Made by a program: the position numbers and the translations under genes | Origin: Lama guanicoe | Taxonomy: Eukaryota | Reading direction: 5' to 3' | Assembly: GCA_013239625.1 (NCBI GenBank) | Contig: MU053881.1 | Coordinates: 14,250,373 to 14,314,372, forward strand | Length of the DNA: 64,000 nt | Notes under the pieces: generated by a model | What the model saw: only the letters and a program-made list of their open reading frames with translations | Database searches by the model: none | What the model was told of the DNA's origin: nothing | Shown here: piece by piece, positions 1 to 12,629 of the stretch | How positions within the stretch are numbered: the stretch's first letter is position 1 | Layout of the letters: each line of letters starts with the position of its first letter

Positions 1-1370
1 AGGTTGCATCCGTGTCTTGGCTATTGTAAATAATACTGCAATGAACATAGGAGTGCACACATCTTTTTGAATTAGTGTTTGTTTTCTTCAGAAAAATAGT
101 CAGAAGTGGAATTGCTGGATCATATGATAGTTCTATTTTTAATGTTTTGAGAACTCTCCACACTGTCTTCCATAGTGGCTGTCCCAATTTACATTCCCAC
201 CAACAATACACGAGGGTTCCGTTTCTTCCACATCCCCTCCAACACCTGCTTTTGTTGTCTTTTTGATAATAGCCATTCTGTCACGTATGAGGTTATCATC
301 TTATCTCATTTGGGTTTTGATTTACATTTCCCTGATGATTAGTGATGTTGAGCATCTTTTGATATATCTGTGGACCACCTGTATGTCTTCTTTGGAAAAT
401 GTCTATTCAGGTCTTCTGCCCATTTTTTAATCAGGTTGTTTGTTTTACTGATGTTGAGTTGTACGCGTTCTTTGTAGATTTTGGATGTTAACTTATCAGA
501 TGCATCATTTGCAAGTATCTCTTCCCACTGAGTGGGGTGCCTTCATTTTGTTGATAGTTTTCTTCCCTGTGATCTTTTCAAAGAATCAGTCTTGTTTCAT
601 TGATCTTTTCTATTGTTTATTCAGTCTCTGTTTCATGTATTTCTTCTCTGATCTCTGTGTTTAATATTTGCTTTATGTATCTAGGTGCTCCTATGTTGGG
701 TGCATACATTTACAATTTTATCTTCTTGGATTCTCTTTATCATTATGTAATGCCCTTCTTCTTGTTATGATCTTTGTCTTAAAGTCCATTTTGTTTAATA
801 TAATTATTACTACCCTAGACTTTATTTTCGTTTTAATAGAATACTTTCCACTCCTCACTTTCAGTCTGTAGGTCTTTAAATCTGAAGTGAGTCTCTTGGA
901 GGCAGCATATATGTGGGTCTTTTTTTAATCCACGCAGCTACCTTACGTGTTTTGATTGGAGCATTTAGTCCATTTAGAATTAAATTATTGATAGGTACAT
1001 ACTTACTGAATGATAGCCTTGCTGGATAGAATATTCTTGGTTTTCATTTTCTTTCATCATTTTAAATAGATTATGCCACTCTCTTCTGGCCTGCAAAGTT
1101 TCTGCTGAAAAGTCAGCTGACAGTTTGGGACTCTCTGTGCTTCTTGGATCTGGGTGTCTGTTTCCTTTCCCAGCTTTGGGACGTTTTCAGCTATTATTGC
1201 TTCAAATAAGATCTCTCCCCCTTTATATTCCTCTTCTCCTTCTGGGACCCCTATAATATGAATGTTATTATATTTTACATTGTCCCAGAGGTCTCTCAAA
1301 CTATCCTCATATTTTTACATTTTTTTCCTGTTCAGCATGGATGTTTCCACTACTGTCTTACAGTTCACTG
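1..1370 (-). mobile_element. Fragmented old LINE-1 (ORF2 3' part, EN-region piece and ORF1 piece), antisense
   Basis: Typical antisense L1 text (cttggctattgtaaataatactgcaatgaacatagg; acattcccaccaacaa). ORF 1057-1299(-) DLWDNVKYNNIHIIGVPEGEE...IIAENVPKLGKETDTQIQEAQRVPN is L1 ORF1p-like. Confidence 0.9.
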
Positions 1371-1385
1371 AACTGTCAATATTTT

Positions 1386-1432
1386 TTTAACATTTTTTTA
1401 TTGAGTTATAGTCATTTTACAATGTTGTGTCA
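1386..1432 (-). mobile_element. Minimal (about 47 bp) L1 3'-tail insertion with a 17-bp TSD
   Basis: TSD tgaactgtcaatatttt at 1369-1385 and 1433-1449. The insert is the reverse complement of the L1 3' end seen at 40805-40850. Confidence 0.85.
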
Positions 1433-2702
1433 TGAACTGTCAATATTTTAAGTATATTCTTCCACACTCTGTGAGCTGTTCCCTGAACATCAACTTCAAG
1501 CTCCCTTCAATCCCTTCCCCCCAAATAAATACCGATGCAAAACGAGCAGGGAACAATGTACCACAGACTGAAGCTCTCAGAGGACAGGTGGAGGTGGGAG
1601 TTTGCATCGCACACTCCACTGCAGCCACTTCTAATTCCCCTCATTAGTTCTTGCTGTTCTCTTGAAGTCTCTCCTCGGCTGTGCCTGGGGCCGAGGAGGG
1701 GGAAAGTCAAGTAGGAGAGGGTAGAGCAAGGCCAAGGTCGAATATAGTCTCTCTCTCCCTTTCTCACATATGATGTCCAGGCTTGCTGGGTCCTCTTCCC
1801 TCCAAAGTACTCAGTTACTATTTCGGGCAGGTTAGCAACCATTTTTTGTTACTTAGGATTTTTTTTTTTAATAACTCAGGATCCATACCCCATTCCCAAC
1901 AAAAGTATTTCTTTTAAAGATAAAGTGTGCTCCCCAAAGAGATCTTAATGAATGGAGTTGTCTGCAATGAGGTATGTGTGCAGTATTTTATCATCAAAAT
2001 CCCAGGAAAACACAATGAAGACTGTACCTAGATTCTCACATGACATAAGGTTCTTAGTCTCACTTACTCTATCACAAATATGTTCACTTGTCAATAAATA
2101 TTCCTTTACAATATCATTTAAGGATGTATCTCACTGAATATATGTATTTGAGTAATTCTCCGTTGGACACCTGGGCTGTCCAATATCTTCTATTGTTGGA
2201 TATCCAGTTTGCAATATTATAAAACAAGGGGAAAACATTCTTGTACCAACTTTCTCACTTGCCCAATTATTCCCTTAAGATACACTCTTAAAGAGCAAGT
2301 GTGAAGTCAAAGGAAAATAATGTGCACATTTAATGTTTTTACATATTTTGTCAAATTGTCCATCAGGGCTGGACCAGTGGACACCCGATCAGTGACATGA
2401 GTGTTCACAAGAGGGAATATTTGAACTCTAGTGGAAAGAAAGAACAAAGTACTCACCTAAAGGGTGGAGACCTCTCCCTGGATGCTGGTGCTTTATCCTT
2501 TCCTTCAAACAAGCTGGTCTCCTCCCTGTCCCTGTGTCGGCCTTGATCATTGCTTCCCCTGAATCTTGGCTCCTGCCTCTTCCCTTTCCACCATCTCCCT
2601 GATGCTTTCTCAGCCAGTTAATATAACAACTGTAGCAACAAGAAATCTTTCGTTATTTACTCGCAGTTCTAACTTATACTAGTGCACACCATGTTGGCCC
2701 TA

Positions 2703-3131
2703 TGTATTAGACAGCTATTGCTGCAATACTTCTGCATAACAAAACATTCCAAAACTCAACTTGTAATAGAAAGTATTTATTTTCTTACTCACAAGACTGC
2801 AGGTTGTTTCAGGTATTAGAGCAGCTACATTTGGCTCCAGCTTCAGCTTAGTTTCCAACTAATCCATTTAGTGTGTATCTAATCCATTTGTCTCTTTCTG
2901 GGCTCAGGCTGAAGGGGCAGTGGCCATCTGGAGCACACAGTTCTCAAAAAGACCCAGCAAACTGTTCATTCTTCCCACACTCCACTGACCACAACCAGGG
3001 GCCAAGCCCCCAACATCAGTGAAATGAGGAAACATATTCTTCCCGCTCTAGTGCATTGCAGAGTCATATAACAGAGAGAGGGAGTGAAGATCTGAAGGGA
3101 ATGAAGATCTGAGAGTAATTCAGTCTGCCAC
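2703..3131. mobile_element. MaLR (MLT1-type) solo LTR
   Basis: Starts tgtattag...ctattgctgcaata...cataacaaaac...ccaaaactca and ends gtctgccaca, typical MLT1 termini. Confidence 0.7.
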
Positions 3132-3644
3132 ATCAAGTCAACTGTTAAAATACTGAAACCTCTCCAGGCTGGGAGATAAAGAATTCTCTAGTTACTGAGA
3201 CTACAAGTTACCTAATAACCTTGCCCAGCTATAACCACAGAGACAAGTAGCAGTGCCTAACAGCAGTGCCTGCGTGGATGTGACAGCCATTTGCAGCTGA
3301 GTAATGGGAATGGTGGTGGTGGCAAGGCTGTGCAGCTCCACCCACCATCCTGCAGAGGCCCAGCATCATGAGGACATCAAGGCAGACAGTGTAGTCAGCC
3401 TGTGCCTCTGTCTTTGCCTTCAGGATCAAAGCCATATGGGAACTGTTGGCATCCACAGATGTGCCCATCTCCTGACTCATGAGAAATACTCCTGAGCACG
3501 CTCCTGCTAGAGCAAAGTGCAGGGTTCTGGGGACATAATTACCATCCATATATTGGGGAAGTCAGTGGAAGTCATTGATGCAGCACCTCATGTCAAATCA
3601 TGGTTCAGACAGGCATCACTCAGCCAATGGCAGCTGCATAACAA

Positions 3645-5790
3645 AATCTAAAACTTAGAAGAGGAGGGAACATTACAAAACTCCTTTTATGAGGCCAGCA
3701 TTGCGGTGATACCAGGGACACACCATGACACTGCAAGAAAAGCTATCATAGGCTCATATCTCTGATGAACATAGATGTAAGAGTCCTTAACACAGTATTA
3801 GCAAACAGAATTCAGCAAAACATTAAAGGATCATATATTATTGATCAAGTGGAATTTTTTCCACTTGGAATAGGATGGTTCAACATAGACAAATCAATGT
3901 GATACACCTTATTAGCAAAATGAAGAATAAAAGGCATATGATCATCTCAATAATGTAGAAAAGGTATCTGACAAAATTCAACATCCTTTCATGATAAAAA
4001 AAAATCAACAAATTGGGTATGAGGGGACCATACCTCAACATAATTAAGGCCATACATGACAAGCCCATGGTGAACATCATACTTGACAGTAAAAAGCTGA
4101 AAGCTTTTCCTCTAAGATCAAAATCAAGACAAGAATGCCCACTCTTACCATTCCTATCCAACACAGCACTTAAAGGCCTAGACAGAATAATTATGTAAGA
4201 AAATGAAGTTATTCAAATCAGAAAGATGTAAAATCGTCTCTATTTACAAAAGACACATCATACATAGGAAACCCTAAAAACACCACCAAAACAAGTTATT
4301 AGAACTAAAATTTAGTAAAGTTGCAGTATACCAAAAGATACACAAAAATCAATTGAATTCCAAAACACTAATAGTGAACTATCCAGAAAGAAATTGAGAA
4401 AACAATTTCATTTACAATAGCACCTAAAAGAATACTTAAGAGCAAATTTAAGCAAGGAGGTGAAAGATCTATATACTGAAAACTTTAAGACACGTTTAAA
4501 AGAAACTGAAGATACAAAGGTAAGGATGATCATGGATTGGAAGAATATTGTTAAAATGTCCATACTACCCAAAGCAATCTACGGATTCAGTGCAATGCTA
4601 ATCCCAATGCCAATGGCATTTTTCTCAGAAATAGAACAAACAATCCTAAAATTTGTATGGAACCACAAAAAAAATCCTAAATAGCCAAAGCAATCTTGAG
4701 AAAGAGGAACAAAGCTGGAGGTATCACACTTCTTATAGCTTCGTAATAGTTTGAAATCAAAACAGTACGGTATTGGGATAAAAATAAAGACAGAGCAACA
4801 GAACAGAACTGAGAGCCCTCAAACAAATCCACACACATATGGCCAGTTTACAACAAAGAAGCCATTAACATACAATGGGGGAAGGACAGTCTCTTCAATA
4901 AATGGTGCTTGGAAAATAGGACAGCCACATGTAAAAGAATGAAACTGGACCCCTATCTCAATCCATTTTGAGTTGTTTTATGTGTATGGTGTAAAGATTT
5001 GAATATAATACCTGAAATGACAAGACTTCTAGAAAAAAAAAATAGGGAGTAAGCTCTTTGACACTGGTCTCAGTAATGGGTTTTTGGATCTGACACCAAA
5101 TGCAAAAACAATAATAGCGAAAACAAATGGGAGTACATCAAATTAAAAAGCTTCTGTACAGCAAAGGAAACCATTCAGAAAATAAAGAGGTAACCTACTG
5201 AATGGAAGAAAATATTTGCAAACCACCTATATGATAATGGTTTCATATCCAAAATATAAAAAATAACCCAGATAATTCAAAAATTAAACAGTGTAATTTA
5301 AAAATGGGCTGAGGAACTGAATAGACTTTTTCCAAAGAAGACATACAGATGGCCAACGGGAACATGAAAAGGTGCTCAGTGTCACTAATCATCAGGCAAA
5401 TGCGCATCAAAACCACAGTGAGATCAGCACCTCATACAAGTTAAAATGACTGTCATCAAAAAGACAGAGACCACAGGTGCTGGGGAGGATGTGGGGAGAG
5501 GGAACGGTCCTGCACAGTTGGTGGGAATGTAAACTGGTGGCACCACCCTGGAGAACAGTATGGAGTTTCCTCAAAAAATTAAAACCAGAACTACACCTTG
5601 ATCCTCTAAGACTGACAAGGGCTTAACTTCCAGAATATATAAATAGCTCATACAACTTAAAGAAAAAACAAACAAACAAGCCAATCCAAAAATGGGCAGA
5701 AGATCTAAACAAGCAATTCTCCAATGAAGACACACAAAAGGCCAACAGGCACATGAAAAAACACGCAATATCACTAATTATCAGAGATAA
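3645..5790 (+). mobile_element. Decayed LINE-1 ORF2 (RT and C-terminal region), with a 33-bp internal inversion and a younger L1 patch at 5611-5790
   Basis: ORF fragments [38 protein letters not shown] and [18 protein letters not shown]...[17 protein letters not shown] are L1 ORF2p. Confidence 0.93.
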
Positions 5791-6130
5791 CGAAACAAGC
5801 TCCAGCAATGTTGTATCACTTGCCCAAAGGCAGCCTGTGTGAGGGAGACCAAGATTCAATCCCTGGCCAGAGCCCCCCACTTTAACTACCGCTCTGTTGA
5901 AGTCATTTTTCCACACCATATTTTGCTGTGGCTCCCAGTGCTTCTCCAGGATTAAGATGGTGTCTTTTTCAAGCTGAGCTCATCAGAGGTGAAGTTCTGT
6001 GACCTTGGTCAAGTCATCTCCTTCTCCACACCTCTGCCCCATACCAGGTCACTTATGTGGAGGGTTAGAGTAGGTAATGTCAAAAACCCCTTCCAGCCCT
6101 GAAAATGAAGATGGTAAATTCTCTAGGCAA

Positions 6131-6295
6131 GGGGGTGGGGCATAGCTCAAGGTCCAGGGTTCAATCTCCAGTACCCTCCTGTAAAAAATAAACAAACCTA
6201 ATTACCTCCCCACCCCCTGCCAAAATGAAATAATTAAATACAATAATTAATAAATAAAATATTTTTTAAAAAGAAAAGGAAAATAATTTTTTTTT
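6131..6295 (+). mobile_element. Camelid tRNA-derived SINE (Vic-1-like), internally deleted
   Basis: gggggtggggcatagctcaa...ggttcaatctccagtacc...aaacctaattacctcccc with an A/T-rich tail. 15-bp TSD aagatggtaaattct at 6108-6122 and 6296-6310. Confidence 0.85.
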
Positions 6296-6899
6296 AAGAT
6301 GGTAAATTCTTCCCCGACATCTTGCTATATTCTGAGTTTTGTTCTCTTTCTAAGGCAACTAAAGAACATTAGGGGAGGAAAAGGAAAAGCAGACGCTATT
6401 GAATTGTGTTTATTAAGTAACGTGGAGAAATGAAAGGGCAGCAGAGAAGACTCTATTTATATCTGCCTCGAGGATTATGCCATAATCTGTACTATTTGAT
6501 TTTTTAATGCATTCATTCAGAGCTGAGACCCTGTAGGGTGCTCTTTAAGCCTGACACTGAATGAAATAATTCAATTAAAATAGGCTTGAGGCTTTTGTAA
6601 GGTATTAAACTCCCTGAAGAGAAGATTTAGGACTCGCTCAAGGCAGCTTCAGCAGCAGCATTGGTGAGACCACAGGAGAGCCTAAGAAGGGCTCAGCGAG
6701 GGGTGTTTCTCGAGCCGCTGGCAGAGGTGAGTTCTGGCTGCTTGGAAAGGGGATTGTCAGAGGAGGAACTCAGGGAAAACCAACTCAGCCCAAAAGCTTC
6801 CCAACAGCTCACTGCGGTCTGAGATTCATTTTAGCACGTTGCCCTGAATAAAACCTGCCCTGGATAAACTCTCCTCTCCCATAGCAGTAAAATTAAGCA

Positions 6900-7125
6900 A
6901 CAGTCACTAGCAAGTGCCATTCGTCGAGCACTCTCAATGAATATCCTAGGTAGGGTACTGACCTAAGCACTTTTCACGCATTATCTTGGTCTTCACAACT
7001 TTATACCCATTTTATAGATGAAAAAACTGAGGTGCCAAGAAGTGCCATAACTTGCCCACGATTATTTGGCTAGCAGGTTGCAGACTCAAACCCTCATCTG
7101 TGGTGCCAAAGCCAGTGTTGAGCAG
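6900..7125 (-). mobile_element. MIR SINE
   Basis: MIR core cccattttatagatgaaaaaactgagg...taacttgccca. Confidence 0.75.
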
Positions 7126-7449
7126 CACTTAAAATGCAAGTGGCATGTTATTACAGGAATCTGAACTGGAGAAGTGTGCGCATACCAAGAAACAGAGATA
7201 CAGTCCCTTTCTTCAGGAGTATGCAGTCTGGTGGGCAAATATGGCTTATAATCAGAACAGCTCAAACTGAATGACAAATGACTGAGATCAGATCCAAACC
7301 TGAGAACAGGTTTTCACATGGGCAGGAAAGAAAGGACAAGATTACAGGAAGAGGAGGAAGTGAAACAGGCAAGCCGAGGACCTAAAATCACCCTCCACAA
7401 GTCTGCCCAAGACTGCCCAGTTAGGTACTTTTTATCTTTTTTTAATGCT

Positions 7450-8255
7450 TGTTAAGTTTCTGACTCCAATTCCAATGTGTGGGGAGTTCTTTCCCACACC
7501 AAACGATACTCCAGCATCAGCCAGGTATCATAACAATTCAGCTCAATTCTGATACTATTTACCCAGAGGTAGCATCAGCTCCCACAGTTTAAGGGCTCAG
7601 TCCCACAAGGCTACCCCCACCAAGCTACCCCCACCCCCTTCAGATGCCAGTTGAAAGCCCAGGTTTTCTGACTGACCAGCTATGATTGGAGGTTCCAACA
7701 ACCGCCTACCTTAGGTTCAATTTAATTTGCTAAAGCAGCTCATAGAACTCGAAGAAACATTTTACTTACCAGAGTACCATCATTATGAAACGATGTAACT
7801 CAGGAACGACCAGAAGGAAGAGGTGCATAGCACAAAACGCGGGCAAAGGGCGCGGAGTTTCCCTGAAGGGCCTCCTCTCTGAAAGGCCGCTCCCCCAGCA
7901 CCTCCCTGTGTTCCCTGTGACCCAGAAGCTCTCTGAATCCAGTCCTTTCTGGGTTTTAAGGAGGCTTCATTACATAGGCATGGTTGATTAAATCACTGAC
8001 AGCTGGCGATTCCACAGCCCTTCTCCCTCGACCGGAGGTCAGGGAGTAGAATTGAAAAGTTCTAATCACCTGGCTGATTTTCCTGGCACCCAGCCTCCAT
8101 CCTTAGATATGGTCCAAAAGTCACCATCAACACAACAAAAGACACTTTTAATGCTCTCATCACAGGAAATGCCAAGGGAAATTCCAATTCGGGAGCTCTG
8201 TGCCAGAAGTGGGGACAAAGGGCAAATATACATTTATTACAAATAACAGTATCAC
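7450..8255 (-). mobile_element. ERV solo LTR, MER21-like
   Basis: The right end, reverse-complemented, reads tgtgatactgttatttgtaataaatgtatatttgccctttgtccccacttctggcacagagctcc, resembling the MER21 5' end. Internal gggctcagtcccacaag motif. Confidence 0.75.
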
Positions 8256-8730
8256 AACTGGGCATTCCATGGAATTAGGAGCTGTGTCTCTCTTATTCAG
8301 CTCCATCTCCCCAGTATCCAGCGCCTACATTTTGCTGGGAGAATGGAAGAGTACCTAAAAAAATGTAAGGAAGCAAAAGAAATCTCAACCCTAAATCTAA
8401 CCATCCTCTTCTGAACTGCTACCCTTGATCAGTACTGATGAAACCTGAGTGTCCATTAGAACCACCTGGGGAGCTTGTGTTTTAACAAGCTCCCCAGAGT
8501 TTCTGACTTAGTAGATCAGGGCAATTTTGCATTTCTAACTAATTCCCAGGTGATGCCAGTGCTGCTGGTCCGGGGTCTAGCCCTCTGAGAACCAACAGCA
8601 TTCAACCTTCACTGCACATTAAAACCAACCTTGGGGAGCTTATAAGAAACACCCAGGCCAGACCCCTGATCAAATCTATCATAGTTCCTGGGAGCAGAAC
8701 CAAGCTGTGTCTGTTTGTAAAAAGTAGGAC

Positions 8731-9301
8731 TGTTACCTGCGAATAGGTTCTTGTCTTGTCACTGAAAGAATTCAGAGAGGAGGTCAAGAAAGCAAAGCTA
8801 GGATTTATTAAGCGATGGTAATACGCTCTCAAGGGGCTTCAGGTGAGCGGCTACGGAGTTTCTTTGGCAAACTGGTTATACAAGGTGTGAAAATCAATGG
8901 GCAGAATATTCACCGTGGAAGGAGGGGGTTTTGGTCATATTTCTTGACTTTCATCCCAGCTGCACCTTCCCAAGGGGAAGGGGGATTTCTGTCCTTAGTT
9001 AGCCTTGATCAGAATGCCATAGGGTCAGTGCCTGATGGGTACTTCTTACCTGCAAGGCTAATTTTATTGTAATGAGAGCACAATGAGCAAAAGGTTACAT
9101 TCATATGCTGTAGATTCCCACCTTTGTCTGCCTCCAGGACCCTTGTCACCTCAAGATAATGTGGCTTCCTGTCAGTCTGGAGGTTCCTGCTTTTCTTTGC
9201 TTGCCCAAGGACCCCCACTGTTCACAAGATGCATGGTTTCCTGACATTTGGCCTGTGCCCCTCTTTCCCTGCTCATATCTAGCTCCCTGCCTGCTCTTAC
9301 A
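8731..9301 (-). mobile_element. ERV1-type solo LTR, 571 bp, TG...CA termini, 4-bp TSD GGAC, inserted among MER5-like hAT fragments (about 8440-8730)
   Basis: GGAC at 8727-8730 and 9302-9305 flanks tgttac...cttaca. AATAAA on the minus strand near 8804. Confidence 0.8.
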
Positions 9302-9385
9302 GGACCAGGGGATTGCCATGGGCAGCCAAACCGGAAAGAAAGTAGTGTCGGCACATTTGTGGGCTTGAGGTTCAGACACCATTCT

Positions 9386-9615
9386 AATAACAGCTAATGT
9401 TCACTGAGCACTTACCATGCGCCAGTCACCCTGCCGAGTCCATTACTGTGTGGTCTCATTCACACCATACGGGGATCTTTCAAGTAGGGACTATTATTTT
9501 CGTTTTACTGACGAGGAGAGTCGGAGGAATTAAGTCATTTGTCCTAGGCCATAATCTGGTAAAGTGAAAACGTGAGAGTCAGTTCAGGTAGTTGTCTGTG
9601 CAAAGCCTGCTAACC
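9386..9615 (-). mobile_element. MIR SINE
   Basis: aataacagctaatgttcactgagcacttaccatgcgccag...ctattattttcgttttactgacgagg...taagtcatttgtcc. Confidence 0.7.
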
Positions 9616-10239
9616 ACTAGGTGCCTTTAGGGTTGTCCAATTAATGCTCTGGTCCCTGCCTTAAATCTTCAGTATTTGGTTGAGTCCAGATGCCACCAGT
9701 CTGAGCTGGGACAATGGGAATCAACTTCATATTTGGGAAAGATAGATAGAGACCTGCATTATACATACAGGAAAAAAACAAGCACAAATCAGAGAATGGT
9801 TGTTTCACTGAATTCAATACTTTTTAAAAATCCAGCCGTTGTCCTCCTTGCACTTCTTCCGTGGCTCATAATCACTTCCCAGGAAAGTCCGAACTCCAAA
9901 CAGGAGGCATTGGAGGCCCTTCCTGATGGATCCCTTGCCTCGGACTCTTCCTCCCTTGACCCTCCTCTTCTGTTCTCACCAGCCTGTCTTCAGTTCCTCA
10001 CAGCCCACCTTCCCTCCATGCCTTCGTCCCTGCTCTTCTCTCTCCTTCCTCCCTCCTTATCCGCCTGGAGGACTTCTGTCTATCCTTTAAAACTTGGGTC
10101 AACAATCACGCCCTACCATAATCCTCCCGCACACCCCCTCTCGAAGCCGTCACGACGGCATGTGTGTCACACTCTGTCCTAGCGCTACTCTGGGCCATTC
10201 CCCATCCCCTGCATCTGTTTGCTGAATTTCCCAAGGGAC

Positions 10240-11100
10240 CTAAGAGAACCCTGGCTCTGCCCTGAGAATGTGACTTTCCCTGAAGACCCCTCCAGGAAGG
10301 ACTGTGCTCGCTCCTGTCCCCTAGACCTGGAGATGGAGTTCTCCCTCTCTTTCAGACCACGCTTCCTTTCCCGGGAAAACCCCCGCAGCTGAATCTCGTG
10401 TTGTCAGACTGCACCACCCGCCACCCCTCCCTGTTACAGTCCTCGTCCCAGAGTCACCCCTTTGTTCCTTGCCTGTTTCGTTCCTGGCGCACGACCCCCC
10501 TCTCCACTACCAGTTCTGTCTTCACTACTGAAGATTTCAATATCTGCACTGTTGACCCTTCCAATGTGCTGTTCACTCAGTTCCCTGATTTTCTTGCCTC
10601 CAACAATGAGCTTGGTCTCTACCCACTTCACCAGTCACTCCCATGGCCTCACCCCAGACCCTAGACCGTTACCATCACCCATCACTAAAACCCCTCCAAA
10701 ATCCCACGTTCAAGCATCCCCCTCTCCAAGTGAGGACGTGGCGTCGGGGCGGGGGGGGGCAGCACACAGAGGCTCAGATCCCAGGCCCATTGTTATCACA
10801 GCTCCCTCTTGCCCAGTCCCCTGGCCTCTTCTCACTTTGTCCAACTCACTTGGTTAAACCACGTCTCAGTTAAAGCCAAGCCTGCCTGCTCCTCACTTGT
10901 ACCCTGAGAGCTGAGAGGGGCTAGAGAAACACACAACCATACTGATAGGTCACTGCAAGGCCGTGACCATGAACCTCAAGTGGCTCCTACTGCTAGTCCC
11001 TTCACGCTCCCACCTCCTCCATGGTCCTTTCAAGCTTTTGCCTCTCTTTGCAAACCTCAAGTCCCCATTCCCATTTTCAGCCCTTGGCTTTGCTTCTCTA
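10240..11100 (+). mobile_element. L2 LINE fossil including the ORF2 APE-endonuclease region
   Basis: ORF 10398-10664 contains EDFNICTVDPSNVLFTQFPDFLASNNEL, resembling the L2 EN segment GDFNIHxDDPSNxLASQFLDLLxSxDL. C/T-rich strand bias typical of L2. Confidence 0.7.
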
Positions 11101-11919
11101 AACCATTAGACAATAAAGGTAGTAAGAGAGGAATGTCTGCCAGCTTCCACCTTTCTTCAGTCTGCTGCCCCTGCACCCACCTTCTCACCGCCCCACCTAG
11201 GGCTCTGGGGTAGGACTCCAGAGACTTTCCCCTTGGCCACCCAGGGATTCCAGCCCCCCCAGCGCCACTGAACCAATACTTGTGGGGTGCTTGTGCCCTC
11301 TTTGTGCCACATTCCCAAGCTCCCCTAGATCGGATGATACCACTGGGGCAGAAAATAAACTGCGGTGGCGAGTGTGGATCTTTCTCTGGTTAAGTTGGAA
11401 ATTTAAATTATTCTTTTGTGCTTTGTACCCAAGTAGAGGATAAGGCCCCTGAGATGCAATTATTTCAACACACAAAAGGGTGGGCCTCCCTGTACAGTTC
11501 CTCCAGTAGGTGACTGTTTATCTGGCTCCGACCTAGTTCAAGTACACTGACCCAGAGAAGACAAGGGAAATGGGATTTGAAGTCCTTAATGTGTTGTGTA
11601 CTTATTTGGATTTACAAAGACCAATTGTTCGATTCAATCAGTAAAAATGAAATCGTATTCAGTCTTTTCACTTGTAATCACTGGAGGATCTCAAAAGTGA
11701 GGCGTGTGGGAGTGGGAAGTACGTCTGGGGGGCGGGGATGGGCAGGAATGCCGCTTTTTGAAAAGTCTTCAATTTTCCTAGACAATTTCTGAAAAAGATA
11801 CTGTGGGTGATTTTTCTTTCCTTCCTTGCCAGCCCAAACTATCCACCATTAAATTCCCACTTTCCATATTGTGAGTAAAAACCACAGGAAAGAGCCTACT
11901 AAGGGTATTTGCATTCTAA

Positions 11920-12570
11920 CTGACATTCAGCACTTGCCAGCTGCCTTGGCATTACGCAAGTGCTTTATGGCTGTTATTTGAATCTTTATGATTGTCTTCC
12001 CAGGATAGGTAGTACTTTGTTGTTGTCCCCATTTACAGATTTGGAAACTGAGGCTTAAATGAATTCCACCATCAGCCCAAGGTCTCTAGCTACTAAGTAG
12101 GGGAGCTGAGAATCAAACCCAGGCAATCTGACTCCTGAGTGTGTACACGAGGGATGTCACAATACTTTCCATTTTCCTGTCAGAGATTCACTCCTTTTAT
12201 GTCCTACAGTCCATTGGATATTTAAAGGAAAAATGGGATGAATGGGGTCAAGTTTCACTGAGAAAATAAAAGACCAGTTAAGTTATACAGAATGGACTGA
12301 CTTCCTCAGGAAGAATATTAGCAAAATGCAAATGCTGCTGGTGGAGAGAGTGCATTTTAAATTCTTACGTGCTGACATGCTGGCAAGGACCTGGTGACTC
12401 CGGTCTCTAAGTAGCCAAGGTGGGTAGTCTAAGGCAGTGATTTCTGGAGTGAAGACTGCCAAGGTTTAAAGTCAGGCTCTTCTTACTGTGTGATCTTGGG
12501 CAAGCTACTTGACCTCTCTGACCCTCAGGTTCATTCTAGGTAAATGGGGCTGACAATAAGAGTAGCTACT
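11920..12570. mobile_element. Two MIR SINEs in opposite orientation (about 11920-12140 and 12430-12570)
   Basis: cccatttacagatttggaaactgaggctta and tgtgtgatcttgggcaagctacttgacctctctgaccctcag. Confidence 0.7.
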
Positions 12571-12629
12571 TCACAATCCAGTTGTTTCCAAGTGGTTACC
12601 AAAGAAACACCATTAAATTTTGAATGCAC

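Noticed and set aside
9676..10182. 168-aa ORF
   Set aside because: TTG start and low-complexity S/P/L content from pyrimidine-rich, L2-like sequence.
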